From Macrostomum lignano (lineage: Eukaryota), in assembly GCA_002269645.1 (NCBI GenBank), contig NIVC01002128.1, forward strand, positions 138,202-202,201: a DNA stretch of 64,000 nucleotides. The letters are read 5' to 3'. A model generated the notes under the pieces. The model made no database searches, had not been told where the DNA came from, and saw only the letters and a list, made by a program, of their open reading frames with translations. Both the position numbers and the translations under genes were made by a program. Positions 43,518-56,071 of the stretch are shown here, piece by piece; position 1 is the first letter of the stretch, and each line of letters begins with the position of its first letter.

Positions 43518-45684
43518 AGAGAAATTAGAAGAGATAGAAAGAAAAGACAAAAGAAGAGAAAGGAGAGATAAGAGACCAAAGACAAGAGAGAAGGGAGGAG
43601 AAAGTTGAGAGAAGAGAGAAGAGAGGAAAAAAAGAGAGAGGAGAGATAAAGGAAGTGTGGAGTGTGGAGAGGGAAAAACGAGAGAAGAGGGAAGAGAGGA
43701 GAGAAGAAAAAGATAGGAAACAAAAAAGAAGATAAAAGCTTCAAAGGATCCAAAGGACATAGAGAGAGGTAGAGGTAGAGGGCAGAGGCCAGAGTTTGCC
43801 TGACATTCTGCGCAACACCCCAGCCAACAATATCAATCCTTGCTTCAAATCCTAATTTTACACAAGTGTACTCTATTTTACGTTTAACTCTATCCTAACT
43901 ATTAACAAGTTTTTGTTTGAGTTTGACCTCAGATTTTAGAATACATGCAAAAATAATTCTGGGGAATAGAGTTCTCCAGGTTCAAAATCCACAGGTTTCA
44001 ACAGCTTGTAATATTTATATGATTATGCATATGACATATGAAGGATATTAAAAAAATAATAAGAATTTCCAACCTAGGCTTGGCCTAGGTTTTTTTCGTC
44101 CAAAATCCAGTTGCCAAATGGCAACTGGAGCTCAAAATATAGTTGCCAATTGCCATCCTTAGTTGCCAATTGGCAACTGACCTATTTTAGTGTCCCATTT
44201 TATAAAGTTGTTTTTCCAACAATTTTCACACATTGACAAAAAAATAATATGCTCAAATCAGCTTAGGCTTCAGGTTTTCAGCCAAGCTAATCTTAGCAGT
44301 AATAAAATGTTACAGACTGTTTTATCATTGGCAACTGCCTTGGTTCAAGTTGGTTGCCAGATTGGCCTCTAATGCCACAAATCCAGTTGCCAGTGGCTTT
44401 TTTGGGTAGCCAGTGGCTACCATATGGCCTAAAAAACCCAGGGCTTGGCCTAGCTTATACTATAGCTATACTCAAATCTATTACATGGTGCAACCAAAAA
44501 AGTGACCCTTTAATTTTATACTATAAGGCATTGAATTCAAGTTTATACTAGAAAAATAGATTTACTTGTGATATATATGTTGATCATTATCAAAAAGGTA
44601 TTGCAACAATAAAGGAAATTTTGGTATTATAATATTTCTGTCTTTTGTATTCTAACAGTTATGCCATAGGCTATAAGGCACAATTTTCTTGTAGATTATT
44701 CTATATGCTAGATATTTACACCAACTATTTTTTATGTCCATTGTAGGTCTATAGTAGACTTTTTTGATATATATATAAGACTGATAATAGTCCATTTTAG
44801 TGACAAGTCATTTTGTTTTGGCAACAACCTTTTTGGCAACAAGTCATTATGGCCACAAACAGATGAAATTGTTGATATATTCCATTATAAACAAATTGTA
44901 ATGATCTCTGCCTCTTACTCTATGTCTTATTGAAAGTCCTATTATATAATAAATGTAAAAGTTATTGTGAAGTAGAAAAAATGAAAAAAAGTTAATTTTT
45001 AAGTGTAAATTTCAAGCTTTTTAGTTTTTTCAAGCTTGTAAAAACATTTAAACAAATCTTTAAATATATATTGATTTTCTTCTATAAAAAGTATTGCCAA
45101 AAAAGCATAAAAATCAACCAAATATCTGCTAATAAGGGTCTATTACACAATTTAAAAAAGGTCAGTTATTGTCACAATGTAAAAAGTCATTTATTATCGC
45201 AACACGGTCTATGTATTTTTGAGAATGGGATGCACTAATTTTTTTTGGTGTGCATTTGTTATTATTCAATTTTTGTTTGGGCATGCACCCAGCATGATTC
45301 AGACTATGGAATGACTTGTCACTAAAATGGTTGTCACCTAAATGGTTTGTTGCCAAAATCAACCAGATTAAAAAAACTTGGGAATGAGGGCTTATAGTTG
45401 GATTATAGAATAATATAGATGGTGCTAATGTGAAATTTAAGTGGCTTTATCTATCTATATCTATCTATCTATCTATCTATCTATAATACTTTTTTTTAAT
45501 TCAAAAGTTGAAGTCATATTTAATCATATTCACAATGTCAATGAAGAATGTTTAAATTTTTAAAATAATTTTTACAATTTTTATTTGCAAAATATATCTT
45601 ACCATCAGATAACTCAAGCTCTAATTCGGCAAGCTTAGCTCGAACATCCAAAGGCAGCCGTGATGTATCTATTTCTGCAGACAT
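25756..45684 (-). CDS. DIP2: Disco-interacting protein 2 homolog (DMAP1-binding domain plus two adenylate-forming domains), complete, 1808 aa. Exons 45684-45603, 40756-40328, 38164-36747, 35962-34955, 32001-31738, 30313-29054, 28423-28193, 27476-26995, 26008-25756
   Basis: N-terminus [34 protein letters not shown]; motifs [80 protein letters not shown]; C-terminus [26 protein letters not shown]. Eight GT-AG introns; exon lengths total 5427 nt, divisible by 3. Confidence 0.96.
26275..26930. repeat. Variable-unit minisatellite (CCCCTATACTCAGGCCTTCAGGTG +/- GACACTGCTAC) in DIP2 intron 8
   Basis: Core TATACTCAGGCCTTCAGGT recurs about 20 times. Confidence 0.92.
27522..27965. repeat. 22-bp minisatellite (TCACCCTTTATCTCCCTCTGCC) in DIP2 intron 7
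   Basis: About 20 tandem copies. Confidence 0.95.
28455..28975. repeat. Composite minisatellite (GGGGATAATTGGGGA / ACAGAGAATT / ACAGACAAT units) in DIP2 intron 6
   Basis: Recurrent GGGATAAT motif with a higher-order pattern. Confidence 0.9.
30560..31680. repeat. About 25-bp minisatellite (CTAGGGGAATATCTCAAGGAGAATT) with higher-order duplications in DIP2 intron 5
   Basis: About 40 variant copies; longer blocks recur, e.g. from about 31010 and about 31205. Confidence 0.93.
32140..32478. repeat. GA-rich minisatellite (GGGAGACAGAGGGGAAGGCGGTGA), left part; resumes at 33787-33960 after the P-like insertion
   Basis: The same 24-bp unit lies on both sides of the insertion. Confidence 0.85.
32479..33786 (+). 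mobile_element. P-element/THAP9-superfamily DNA transposon, internally deleted and decayed, in DIP2 intron 4
   Basis: Perfect 23-bp TIRs CACAGACCATATAGAATATAGAC; 8-bp TSD AGGGGAAG (32471-32478 and 33787-33794); frameshifted transposase remnant at about 32870-33230 ([30 protein letters not shown] / [11 protein letters not shown] / [13 protein letters not shown]). Confidence 0.85.
34783..34950. repeat. (GACA)n microsatellite abutting the donor of DIP2 exon 4
   Basis: Seen directly. Confidence 0.95.
35985..36716. repeat. About 23-bp minisatellite (TCTTGATTGGATGGGATTTTTAA) filling DIP2 intron 3
   Basis: About 30 copies occupying nearly the whole intron 35963-36746. Confidence 0.96.
38425..39759 (+). 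mobile_element. hAT-Charlie/MER58-like MITE with about 1 kb (CCCTATTCCCCTCTC)n core in DIP2 intron 2
   Basis: 5' part CGGCAAACC..CTCTATCCGGCCCTCAGGTCCTTTCAAACTT matches the 46510 copy; 3' end CTGGCCCTTGAAGTAAAAAAGTTTGCCCACCACTG. Confidence 0.8.
40810..41050. repeat. About 21-bp minisatellite (GACTGACATGACCCACAGCTA) near the acceptor of DIP2 intron 1
   Basis: About 5 clean copies that decay downstream. Confidence 0.8.
41603..42300 (+). mobile_element. Possible Helitron/DINE-like non-autonomous element; boundaries uncertain
   Basis: Starts ATCTATACATATAAAAATCAAAACTCTGTCTGT followed by CAAACCACTCAACCAAATTATACCAAACTTT, resembling the remembered DINE-1/Helitron-N layout; a similar fragment lies at about 53515-53590. 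No 3' hairpin confirmed. Confidence 0.35.
42746..43810 (-). mobile_element. hAT-Charlie/MER58-like MITE with about 900-bp GA-rich core in DIP2 intron 1
   Basis: CAGGGATTGGCAGATTTTTATCTCCAAGGCCAG...CAGCTCATGGCTGTGGGCC matches the family 3' end as in the 22097 copy; the right end reverse-complements to a degenerate 5' TIR (CAGAATGTCAGGCAAACTCTGGCC). Confidence 0.75.
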
Positions 45685-46509
45685 ATTTAGGCTTTTTTGT
45701 TTCATAAAAAAGCAACTAAATCAGGTTTCACTTTAGTTTAAATATTTTTGCGAGTAGACTGATAATTGTATAAAACTGACAGATAAAATAAAATTTTACC
45801 AGCTTTTGCTTCTTACTTCTTGGTAAAATAGGCCTAGTAATTTAAAGCTAGTACAGCAACTGTTTTCTGGGCATTTTTGGCTTGCTACAGGCTACAGCTT
45901 GCACTGCACTGGCTCGAACACAAAAAATGAATAAATAATATTAGTTACCTAAAGGGCCTAACTTTAAACAATAATTACCAACAAAGCGGACTAGCTCTAA
46001 GCAATTTAACGCAATCTATACTACCAACGAACAATAATGCGACGATTTTCTAAACAGTTCTATTCGAATCTATTGGATTTGTTAGAATTCATAGAAAATT
46101 ATACTTTCTTATACAGTTTGAAAATGACTCATAATTATCCTATTTTGAAAATTAAATTGTAGCAAATATTAGCTAAAAAGTTAAAAATAATAGGCAAAGA
46201 TTGCCATTATAGAAAATTAAATTCGACTCAATTTCAGTTTGACGTAATGGCTTGTTTAAACGCACAAAGCCATCTGGACCACGAATATGCTAGTTTCATA
46301 GGCAACCGTTGCAGTGATAATTAGCAACTGACGCCATGAGGCAGATGACACTTGCTCTTATACCTTTATTTGCCAAATGAAATCAAGTTTTAGATGGGTT
46401 GTCCTCTCGCAAAAAATTAGGGGCATGCCAATGCTTTATTAATATTGCCTCAATCGCGAGAATTATTTGAGAAAAATAAAAACCGCTATTTCACATGCAC
46501 TGTATAAGC

Positions 46510-47307
46510 CAGGGGTCGGCAAACTCCGGCCCGCGGGCCACATGCGACCCGAAAAGCCTCTCTATCCGGCGCTCGGATCCTTCGAAACTTCACAAGCAAT
46601 TCGGCCCGCTCAGGGTTCGTGTTTTTTTTCTCAGCTCCCTTCATCCCCTCTTCTCACCTCTCTCTCCTCTCCTCTCTCCTTTCCTCTCCTCTCCTCTCCT
46701 CTCTCTCTCCTCTCCCCTCCTCTCTTCAGCGCTTCTCTTTTTTCGCCTCGCCTCTCGCCCTGATCGTTTCCCTAGAAGACATTGACTTGTTGATTCTTAA
46801 CAGATCTTATCCAACTTCTTGGGTTGCTGCGCAAGTACTTGCAAGATCGTGCAAGATCTTCGCTATGATAATACTTAGGTAAACATACCAGATCTTGGCG
46901 ACTTGCTACATCGTACAAGATCTTAGGTTTTATGTCTTTTTATAACTTCGAATCGCATATTTTCTTAAATTTATTCCCCATAATTAATATAAAATATAAA
47001 ATATTGACAATTAAAATAAACATATAAAATAAATATGGTTCAGGTCGAACACTTTAGCCAAATAATTAACAAAACAAATGTACCTCCCATCTTAGAAGAT
47101 CCTGCAAGAACCGGTCAGATTGAGAAGATCTGCTAAGAATGGCACAGAGACAAGATCTGCTAAAGTTTGAGAAGCAGAATGTCCTCTAGGGGTGTCACTC
47201 CTCTTATCTCTCTCCTCTATTCTCTCTATTTTCTCCCATCCTCTCGCCCGCAGTCATGCGCTAAGTTCTTTGTCTGGCCCTTAATATAAAAAGTTTGCCA
47301 ACCCCTG
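46510..47307 (+). mobile_element. hAT-Charlie/MER58-like MITE, best-preserved copy, with nested insertion 46770-47191
   Basis: TIRs CAGGGGTCGGCAAAC / GTTTGCCAACCCCTG (14 of 15 match); flanking 8-mers GTATAAGC / TTATAAAC (6 of 8, degraded TSD); start resembles the MER58A consensus CAGGGGTCGGCAAACTACGGCCCGCGGGCCA. Confidence 0.88.
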
Positions 47308-48001
47308 TTATAAACTAGCATCCTCACATGCACTTGTACATGAAAATTACTAATTAAATAAAAGATTGAGCAACATCCGGTGGGCAAGTTTCGGGGAAGT
47401 CAGAAAAAAGTTCCTCATCGATTCTTGTACATCTTTTCAGAGAGAAAATCTTTCAGAAATGGACTTTAGGCGTTGCGAAATTTGAACGTGCATGAATTTC
47501 AGCATCAGCCTTGGCAGCCCACCAGACTCCCCCTGTTTTATGACGCTGCTATAATTGCCATGTCTCAGTGACCCAATTAACCGAGCTTCATGATTGATGT
47601 TTCGACCTTTTCGTTTATCAACGATTCGATCTATTCGGTTTATAAAAATATGCAAGCAATGGATTATTTTTGAGACCATATTAACACTAGCTGCTTAAGA
47701 CTTTGGCTGCTGTCCTTTGCCGTAGCATTCAGCGCTGGTGCTGGTCGCGCTCGATCCCCTCTCTTGCTAAGTTCAAATCCCTCCCAGCTTGAATTTGCAT
47801 GCAACGTTTGAATTCAATATCAATCCCAGATTAAGGTCATAATTGTTGGCAAGGTCAGTGTGTATTGTGTGAATGTATACTACTGTTCATTTTAACAGAT
47901 CGTTCTATAAGTGAATAAGCGAAAAATACAGGTAGGTAGCTTGTAACTGAACTCAAATCTGCATAGTTTTGTTTTAATGAATGACCGTACTTGCAGATTT
48001 C

Positions 48002-48680
48002 CAGGGGCGTAGCCAGAGGGGGGGCAAGGGGGCCGTGGCCCCCCCCCCAATCACCAACTCTGGCCTTGGTGCCCCCCCCCCTAAAAGAAACTGGCGCCCC
48101 TATAAGAAACTGGTGCCTCCCACTAAAAGAAACTGGCGCCCACCTCCTAAAAGAAACTGGCGCCCCCCACTAAAAGAAACTGGCGCCCCCCCCCACTAAA
48201 AGAAACTGGCGCCCCCACTAAAAGAAACTGGCGCCCTCCTCCTATAAGAAACTGGCGCCCCCCCCCACTAAAAGAAACTGGCGCCCCCACTAAAAGAAAC
48301 TGGCGCCCTCCTCCTATAAGAAAATGGCGCCCCCCCCTAAAAGAAACTGCCCCCCCCCTAAAACTGGCGCCCCCCCTCCTAAAACTGGCGCCCCCTAAAA
48401 AAAACTGGCGCCCCCTAAAAAAACTGGCGCCATTCCCTCCTAAAAATTGCGCCCCTTAAAATAAACTGCCGCCCCCTAAAAGAAACTGGTGCCCCCCCCC
48501 CCCCTAAAAGAAACTGGCGCCCTCCCTAAAAGAAACTGGCGCTCCCCCTATAAGAAGCTGGCGCCCCCCTATAAGAAGCTGGCGCCCCCCCTATAAGAAG
48601 CTGGCGCCCCCTCCCTATAAGAAGCTGGCGCCCCCTAACTCACGGCCCCCCCCCAATCAAAATTCCTGGCTACGCCCCTG
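48002..48680. mobile_element. Young hAT-type MITE with an internal 22-23-bp minisatellite (AAAGAAACTGGCGCCCCCCACT)
   Basis: Perfect 15-bp TIRs CAGGGGCGTAGCCAG; perfect 8-bp TSD CAGATTTC (47994-48001 and 48681-48688). Confidence 0.93.
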
Positions 48681-50641
48681 CAGATTTCCACCTATATTTT
48701 TCTTTAACTATTAATAATTACACCTTAGAAATTTTGCGCTTCCGCGCGTTCAAGCATTCGGTGGTTTGCTAAATCTATTACCAGTTTTCAACAAGGGCAG
48801 TGCAGGCGGGCGGGCCTATTCAGCCATGCAGTCACAGTGTAAATTGTGTTTAAACACTGTTGCGCGCGCAGTTTGTGGGTCGCGGACATTCTGGGACTGT
48901 CATACACTGTGTCACGGACAAATTACCGTCATCTTTTTACTTGTTGCTAGCTGTATAGGGATAGCTTTTACCGGTTAGGGTAGTTAAGGGAAGATCCAGA
49001 TGCGGACAAAGGCTCGCGAGATTTCAAATGGAAGCGATCCGTATACAGCTACAGCAAACCCTATACTGGCCGGCTTGGTTGCATGTTCATACGGTGGTCG
49101 AAACTGCTTCAAAATAGTGGCTGCTGATAATTTCTATCGGTGATTTATTGTCGCTGTCCAACGAGCAAGCGCAGATTAGTATAGCTAAGCCCTGTATTTA
49201 CTCACTTTAACTATCGAAACTTGACGAAAAGTGTTCCATCAGGGTTTCGGAACTATTTTCCCTAAGTTAGTCAATCATTTGTTTACTCAAAATAAGGCAA
49301 CTGCTATAGGTTATACCTGCCCAGCTAGACAATTGGTCAAATTTTGGATACAACCTATAAGGCCTTTGACGACGAGGATTGTCTCCAACAAGCTGAATAC
49401 AAGCAACAATAGTTTACTTACACAAACCTGTAATAAATTTACTCCCTTGACCAGTTGTATTTTTCTCGTTACAGTCGTCACCGATGGAAAGAATATTTAC
49501 GAGCTAAATTGCAGATAACTCTAGTCTAATCTTCTGGGCTTGATGAATGGCATCGTAAAACTACAGTTTAGAATGCTTTTATGGGGACTAAAATATCTCT
49601 GTGATCGAATAAGGTCAGGAATGACAAAGAGTAATACGCCTGTAGCTTTTCGAGGCCTTTGTTGACAATATTTTCCTGTAGTACGTGCTCTACAACATCG
49701 AGACTTACTGTAGATGATTCATGACTAACTATACTAGTAGTTCGGAGATTAGTTAGTGAGTCTCCATATCGGTACCCTCATGTAGTCAGCAGAGGGTGCA
49801 AATAACATTCAGGAGTAGCTTTTAATAATGCATGACCCGTGCAATGTTCCGATGTACGCCGACGTCCGCGAGCCGTTACACTACATGAGGGTCCGTGGAG
49901 ACGAGGCCAAGGGTGAACAACGCGATACACCAAGCTGCTTCTGACGGATGCAGGATCGCTCCCGTTCTGACTCTTTACTGGAGGGGCTAAAATTATGTTT
50001 CTTATCAATTATAAATCAAGTCTAAGTACAGTTGCGGTGTGCGAGTGTAGTTTTACTGTTAATTATGGAAAGAAATACTGCTATTAGTACGAGTACTTTG
50101 TTACCTGCATTTAAATTTTCATATAGAATACGACTGACCATATCTTGCTTAATTTTAGCCTGAAACTAAAAAAATGCGGAATCAACGAGTTTGGTTTGTT
50201 GCTTTGCACTTCCTGAAAGCAGAACCACAAACATTTTTGGTGTGTAGCTAAGTTATTCCTGACAGAAAATTAGCTGTCCTTTCTTGGAAAAATAGTTTCT
50301 CACCGAATCGGCACTGAAGCTGCCATGCGCGCATTCTGCTGTTTTGAATTTTAATTAAGAGGAATTAAGCCACGCAGCGTCATGCCCAGTACAAGTGATG
50401 TCACCCAGCTGGAAAGCTATCCACTATTCTTGAAACTTTGACCCAATCCGTCAACTTCCGCCCGCCCGAACCAGAATTGTTTGCGAACGGTTCACACGAA
50501 ACCGCATGGACAAATAATTCCGTGGGCCGAGGGCTCGGCGGCAGAGATGGCCAGCTGACACCGCTGCTGTTGGCTGTAGCCTAAGGGGAATCAAATGGTC
50601 TTTAACCTGGGAGGTTGGCTTACCAATTTTCAACTGCAGCC

Positions 50642-50648
50642 TATAAAA
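50642..50648 (+). promoter_or_regulatory. Candidate TATA box upstream of the Lbx-like gene
   Basis: TATAAAA 59 nt before the ATG at 50707, with a CCAAT about 20 nt further upstream. Position only, no transcript evidence. Confidence 0.3.
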
Positions 50649-50706
50649 GATCGAAAAGATCAGAAGATCCAAAACAATTACTGCAAGCATTCGCAAACAG
50701 AAAATC

Positions 50707-52627
<1,921 letters not shown>

Positions 52628-52894
52628 CCTTGGAGGCAATTTTTCAGATTGCGGTACACCATCATAGGAATAATATTTTAAAGTCTAAAAGCTGAGTTTT
52701 CCGTGCTATGAGCACACACTGATGTACTTGTAAAACCGATGCCTTCACTTGCGCATCGCATTTTATTCATTTGGCTTCCTGCACTGACACAAAAGCTATG
52801 AAGAGAACTTGTACTTGTACGATAAATAAATCGTTGAATTGTATTGGCGCAGTAGATCTGCTTCTCTGACAAAAGGACTATACCGTGATTCAAA

Positions 52895-53202
52895 TACTAC
52901 TAATAATAATAATTTATTACACCTGCCCAAATTGAGCCAGATGTGCAACCGACAGCTCAGCCGCAGCTATTGCACGGCGCATCTGAAGGCTGCGTACGGC
53001 TGGCTGTTCAGTCCAAGGACTGGGGGGTCGCCACACACACCCTCAATTACCCCAACTAATGCTGGCACCCATTTTCAGCTGCAGGGTGAACTGAAACAAT
53101 GCAGAGTTAAGTGTCTTGCGTAAGGACACAATTTTTTTCGAGTAGGCCGAGAATCGAACTCCCAACCTTTCAGTCGTGAGTTCGACGCTCGGTCCACAAG
53201 GC
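52895..53202 (-). mobile_element. tRNA-derived SINE family B with a MIR-like CORE domain
   Basis: Minus strand: B-box GAGTTCGATTCTCG, then TGTGTCCTTACGCAAGACACTTAACTCTGCATTGTTTCAGTTCACCCTGCAGCTGAAAATGGG, similar to the remembered MIR CORE (CCTTGGGCAAGTCACTTAACCTCTCTG..CTCAGTTTCCTCATCTGTAAAATGGG); ends in an (ATT)n tail. Confidence 0.75.
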
Positions 53203-53596
53203 TTCAAACACAAATTTGTAAGTAAAAATGTTGTAGTAAATACTACTATAAGTAAGTTATACTAGAAATCTAGGATAAAACCGACCAGCCAACTAAGACA
53301 GAAGTTGTTACTTGCGATTTACTAAAACTCCTAGTGCGCAGTAAAACCGCTGGCAACACTTTTATGCCAGACGCAAGCTTAGCTTGTTTGCTGTTTTTGT
53401 ACCCGCTGCGCTGTTTCTCAGTGTGCTAAAAATCGAAAACGCTCTGACGAGAAAGTTTTCGTCGGGCGACTTCTTGTATTGTGGTGGGAAAAAACTTCCA
53501 ATATACTAAAAATGGTCTGTCTGTGTCTATCTATCTATCTATGTGATCGATTAGAGAAAAAATGGCTCAACCGATTTTGTTCAAACTTTGCTTTGT

Positions 53597-53840
53597 ATTG
53601 CTGCCCATTCCGCCGACTCCCCTGAGCAGGCACACAATCGCGCGGATACGTACGCAGTCAGACGCACAGGCGGCCCCAACTTTATTTATCACTCCTCAAA
53701 GGCGTTAACTGCTCGAGCAGAGCCAAGCCTAGATTCCAATTGTGCTCCAAATCAATGTGACTGCACTTGGAATCGAGCCCGGGCCGCTGGCAGGCTCAGA
53801 GTGTCAGAGCGCCCCGCTAGACCACTAGGCTGAGGCCCCC
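53597..53840 (-). mobile_element. tRNA-derived SINE family A, copy with head but shortened body
   Basis: Shares GAGCAGAGCCAAGCC.AGATTCCAATT..GCTCCAAAT.AATGTGACTGCACTTGGAATCGAGCC with the 51157 copy. Confidence 0.85.
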
Positions 53841-54596
53841 GCATCGCAGATGCATGTTACTAAAAATCATAACGTTACTGAACGAATTGCTTGCACAACA
53901 ATTGAAAGAGATTAAAAAACAATTTTTTAATTTACCTTTTGTCCACAAGCAACTTACTGACGTTATACGAGCGTATTGACTGCATGAATCAGATTATTTC
54001 TATTTATATGGCACAACAATGTTGATAGAAGCAGAAAAAATATTTTTTTAAATACAATTATTAACAATAAAAAACCATGCAAGTAAACAGGCGATTCTTC
54101 CAACCACGAATGAAATTGATTGCATCGCAAATTTTATAAACTGATTTTATAAAACTGAAAAGTACGAATTTACTCACATTAGTTTAAATAGTACAGAGAA
54201 GATACAGAAAATGGTTTTGTTAATATAAATCAAATTAACCATGCGAAACGAGATTCACAGATGACAGCTGACAGATAAAACTGTAAACAAATACAGAGCT
54301 TTCCGCAGTAGCTGGGTTTTAACTCAGAGAATCCCACGGGAGGGTGTGGAAATGTGTCCCATCACATGATGGGATCAGGGAGTCTGGGACCGTAACAAGG
54401 AAAACATGGAAAGCGTACTGACCACCATCATGGAACTGCAGGGTGCTAGGAGAGAAATTATGGGTGACAGGAATGTCAGCTCCCGTGGCCTTATTTCTGC
54501 AGTTTTATACAAGTACTTTTAACAGCTCTCACCTTCAGGCACAAAATTTATAATCGCCTATCTGTAGCCGTCAGATGCTCTTCTGAGAGCGATTCA

Positions 54597-56071
54597 TTAA
54601 ATCCCACCCAATGTGTCCATCAGCAGTTTGAACTCCTGAAAGTCCACAAATCCGTCCTGATTTTTGTCCGCTTGTCGGATCATCTCATTAACGTCGCTCT
54701 CCGTCAGATTCTCGCCCAGGCTGTTCATAACGTAGCGCAGCTCCTCCGAACTGATTTTGCCGTCATTGTTCTTGTCAAAGATTTTGAACACCTTTCTCAG
54801 CTCCTGTTCCGTGTCGGTTTCGCGCTTCTTCTTCTCCATCATTTCTACGAACTCTTCAAACTCAACGTAGCCCTTTTTCTTGTGATCGACGTCGCTAATC
54901 ATTTTCTGAAATTGAGGTTTGTTTGAAAAAGTTTTTTAACAATATATAGAGGTAACTTTCTGGGTTTCTAACCGCTGCTTAGAAGGGCTGTGTGGTCACT
55001 CGTGTGACCCAGAACTGCCCAGGCCAGTAATGGTATCTGGCCCCTCCACATTTAATGTAAAATTTAGGCTTTTTGCTTATTTTTGATTTTTGCTGCTTTG
55101 CACGAATGCATTTTGCTGCAGAGCGACAAAAAATAGCGCCTGCAGCGCGCCAAAATGAGTGCCTGGGGCGCTAAAATGAGTGCCTGCGGCGCTAAAATGA
55201 GTGCCTGTGGCGCTAAAATGAGTGCCTGTTGGCGCTAAAATGAGTGCCTGTGGCACATTTTGACGCTGTGCACGTTGCCGAACTAGCAAAAGCAACTTCA
55301 TAATCCTCGTACAAGTACAGTGTGCATTTGTTAGGCTATAAACTACACAGGCTCCCAACTATTAACCTGCAATATTTGTTTGACGTGAACACAAGACCTT
55401 TAAATTGGCAACGGGTGCGTCGACAAAACTGTTGAATTGTCGCAATCTCCTGCTGGCTGTTAGGCTGTAAGTCAATACGTCATTTAAGAAGCGAAGCAAA
55501 ATCTGATGAAGCGATAGAAAGGATGCTGGCGCAGCAGGCGCCCAACCAGGGAAGAAGATTCTGTCGGGTCGCGGCCTTTAGCCGTCTATTCGCGTGCTTA
55601 CCTCGTAATTACGAGCGTATCTTCGCCTCTTCGTTAAATTTCTATCGGCGGCGATGTCTCACAAAGGCGCAAGACAGAAATGTCCAGAATGTCTTCAAGT
55701 ACGCTGTATGACTCATAAATATTCTCATACGGCAGTGTCACTTGATATGAATTGAGCAATAATGTGCCACGAGCAGAGTATTCGGTGGGCTTAGTTATAA
55801 CTATACTAAAATATTACACTAAAACTACACTGAAAATTTAAACACACGCAGGTAAAACGGGTACAGAGTGGTTATTGTAAGATTTTTAGAGCAGATAAGG
55901 TTCAACCAAAAGCACATCCCTCACCTGTATGTCGGCCTCAGTGGGATTCTGTCCCAGATTGCGCATGGCAACCCCAAGCTCGGCCGGGGTGATCTTGCCG
56001 TCGTTGTTCTTGTCGAACAGCTTGAACGCTTCCTGATACTCGGACACTTGGGCCGGGGTTAAAGACTGCAT
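54597..56071 (-). CDS. Calmodulin-like EF-hand protein, 151 aa. Exons 56071-55925 and 54905-54597
   Basis: [49 protein letters not shown]|KMISDVD...[37 protein letters not shown]; calmodulin layout but too divergent to be canonical CaM; phase-0 intron. Confidence 0.92.
55140..55256. repeat. 21-bp minisatellite (GGCGCTAAAATGAGTGCCTGT) in the CaM-like intron
   Basis: About 5 tandem copies. Confidence 0.9.
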
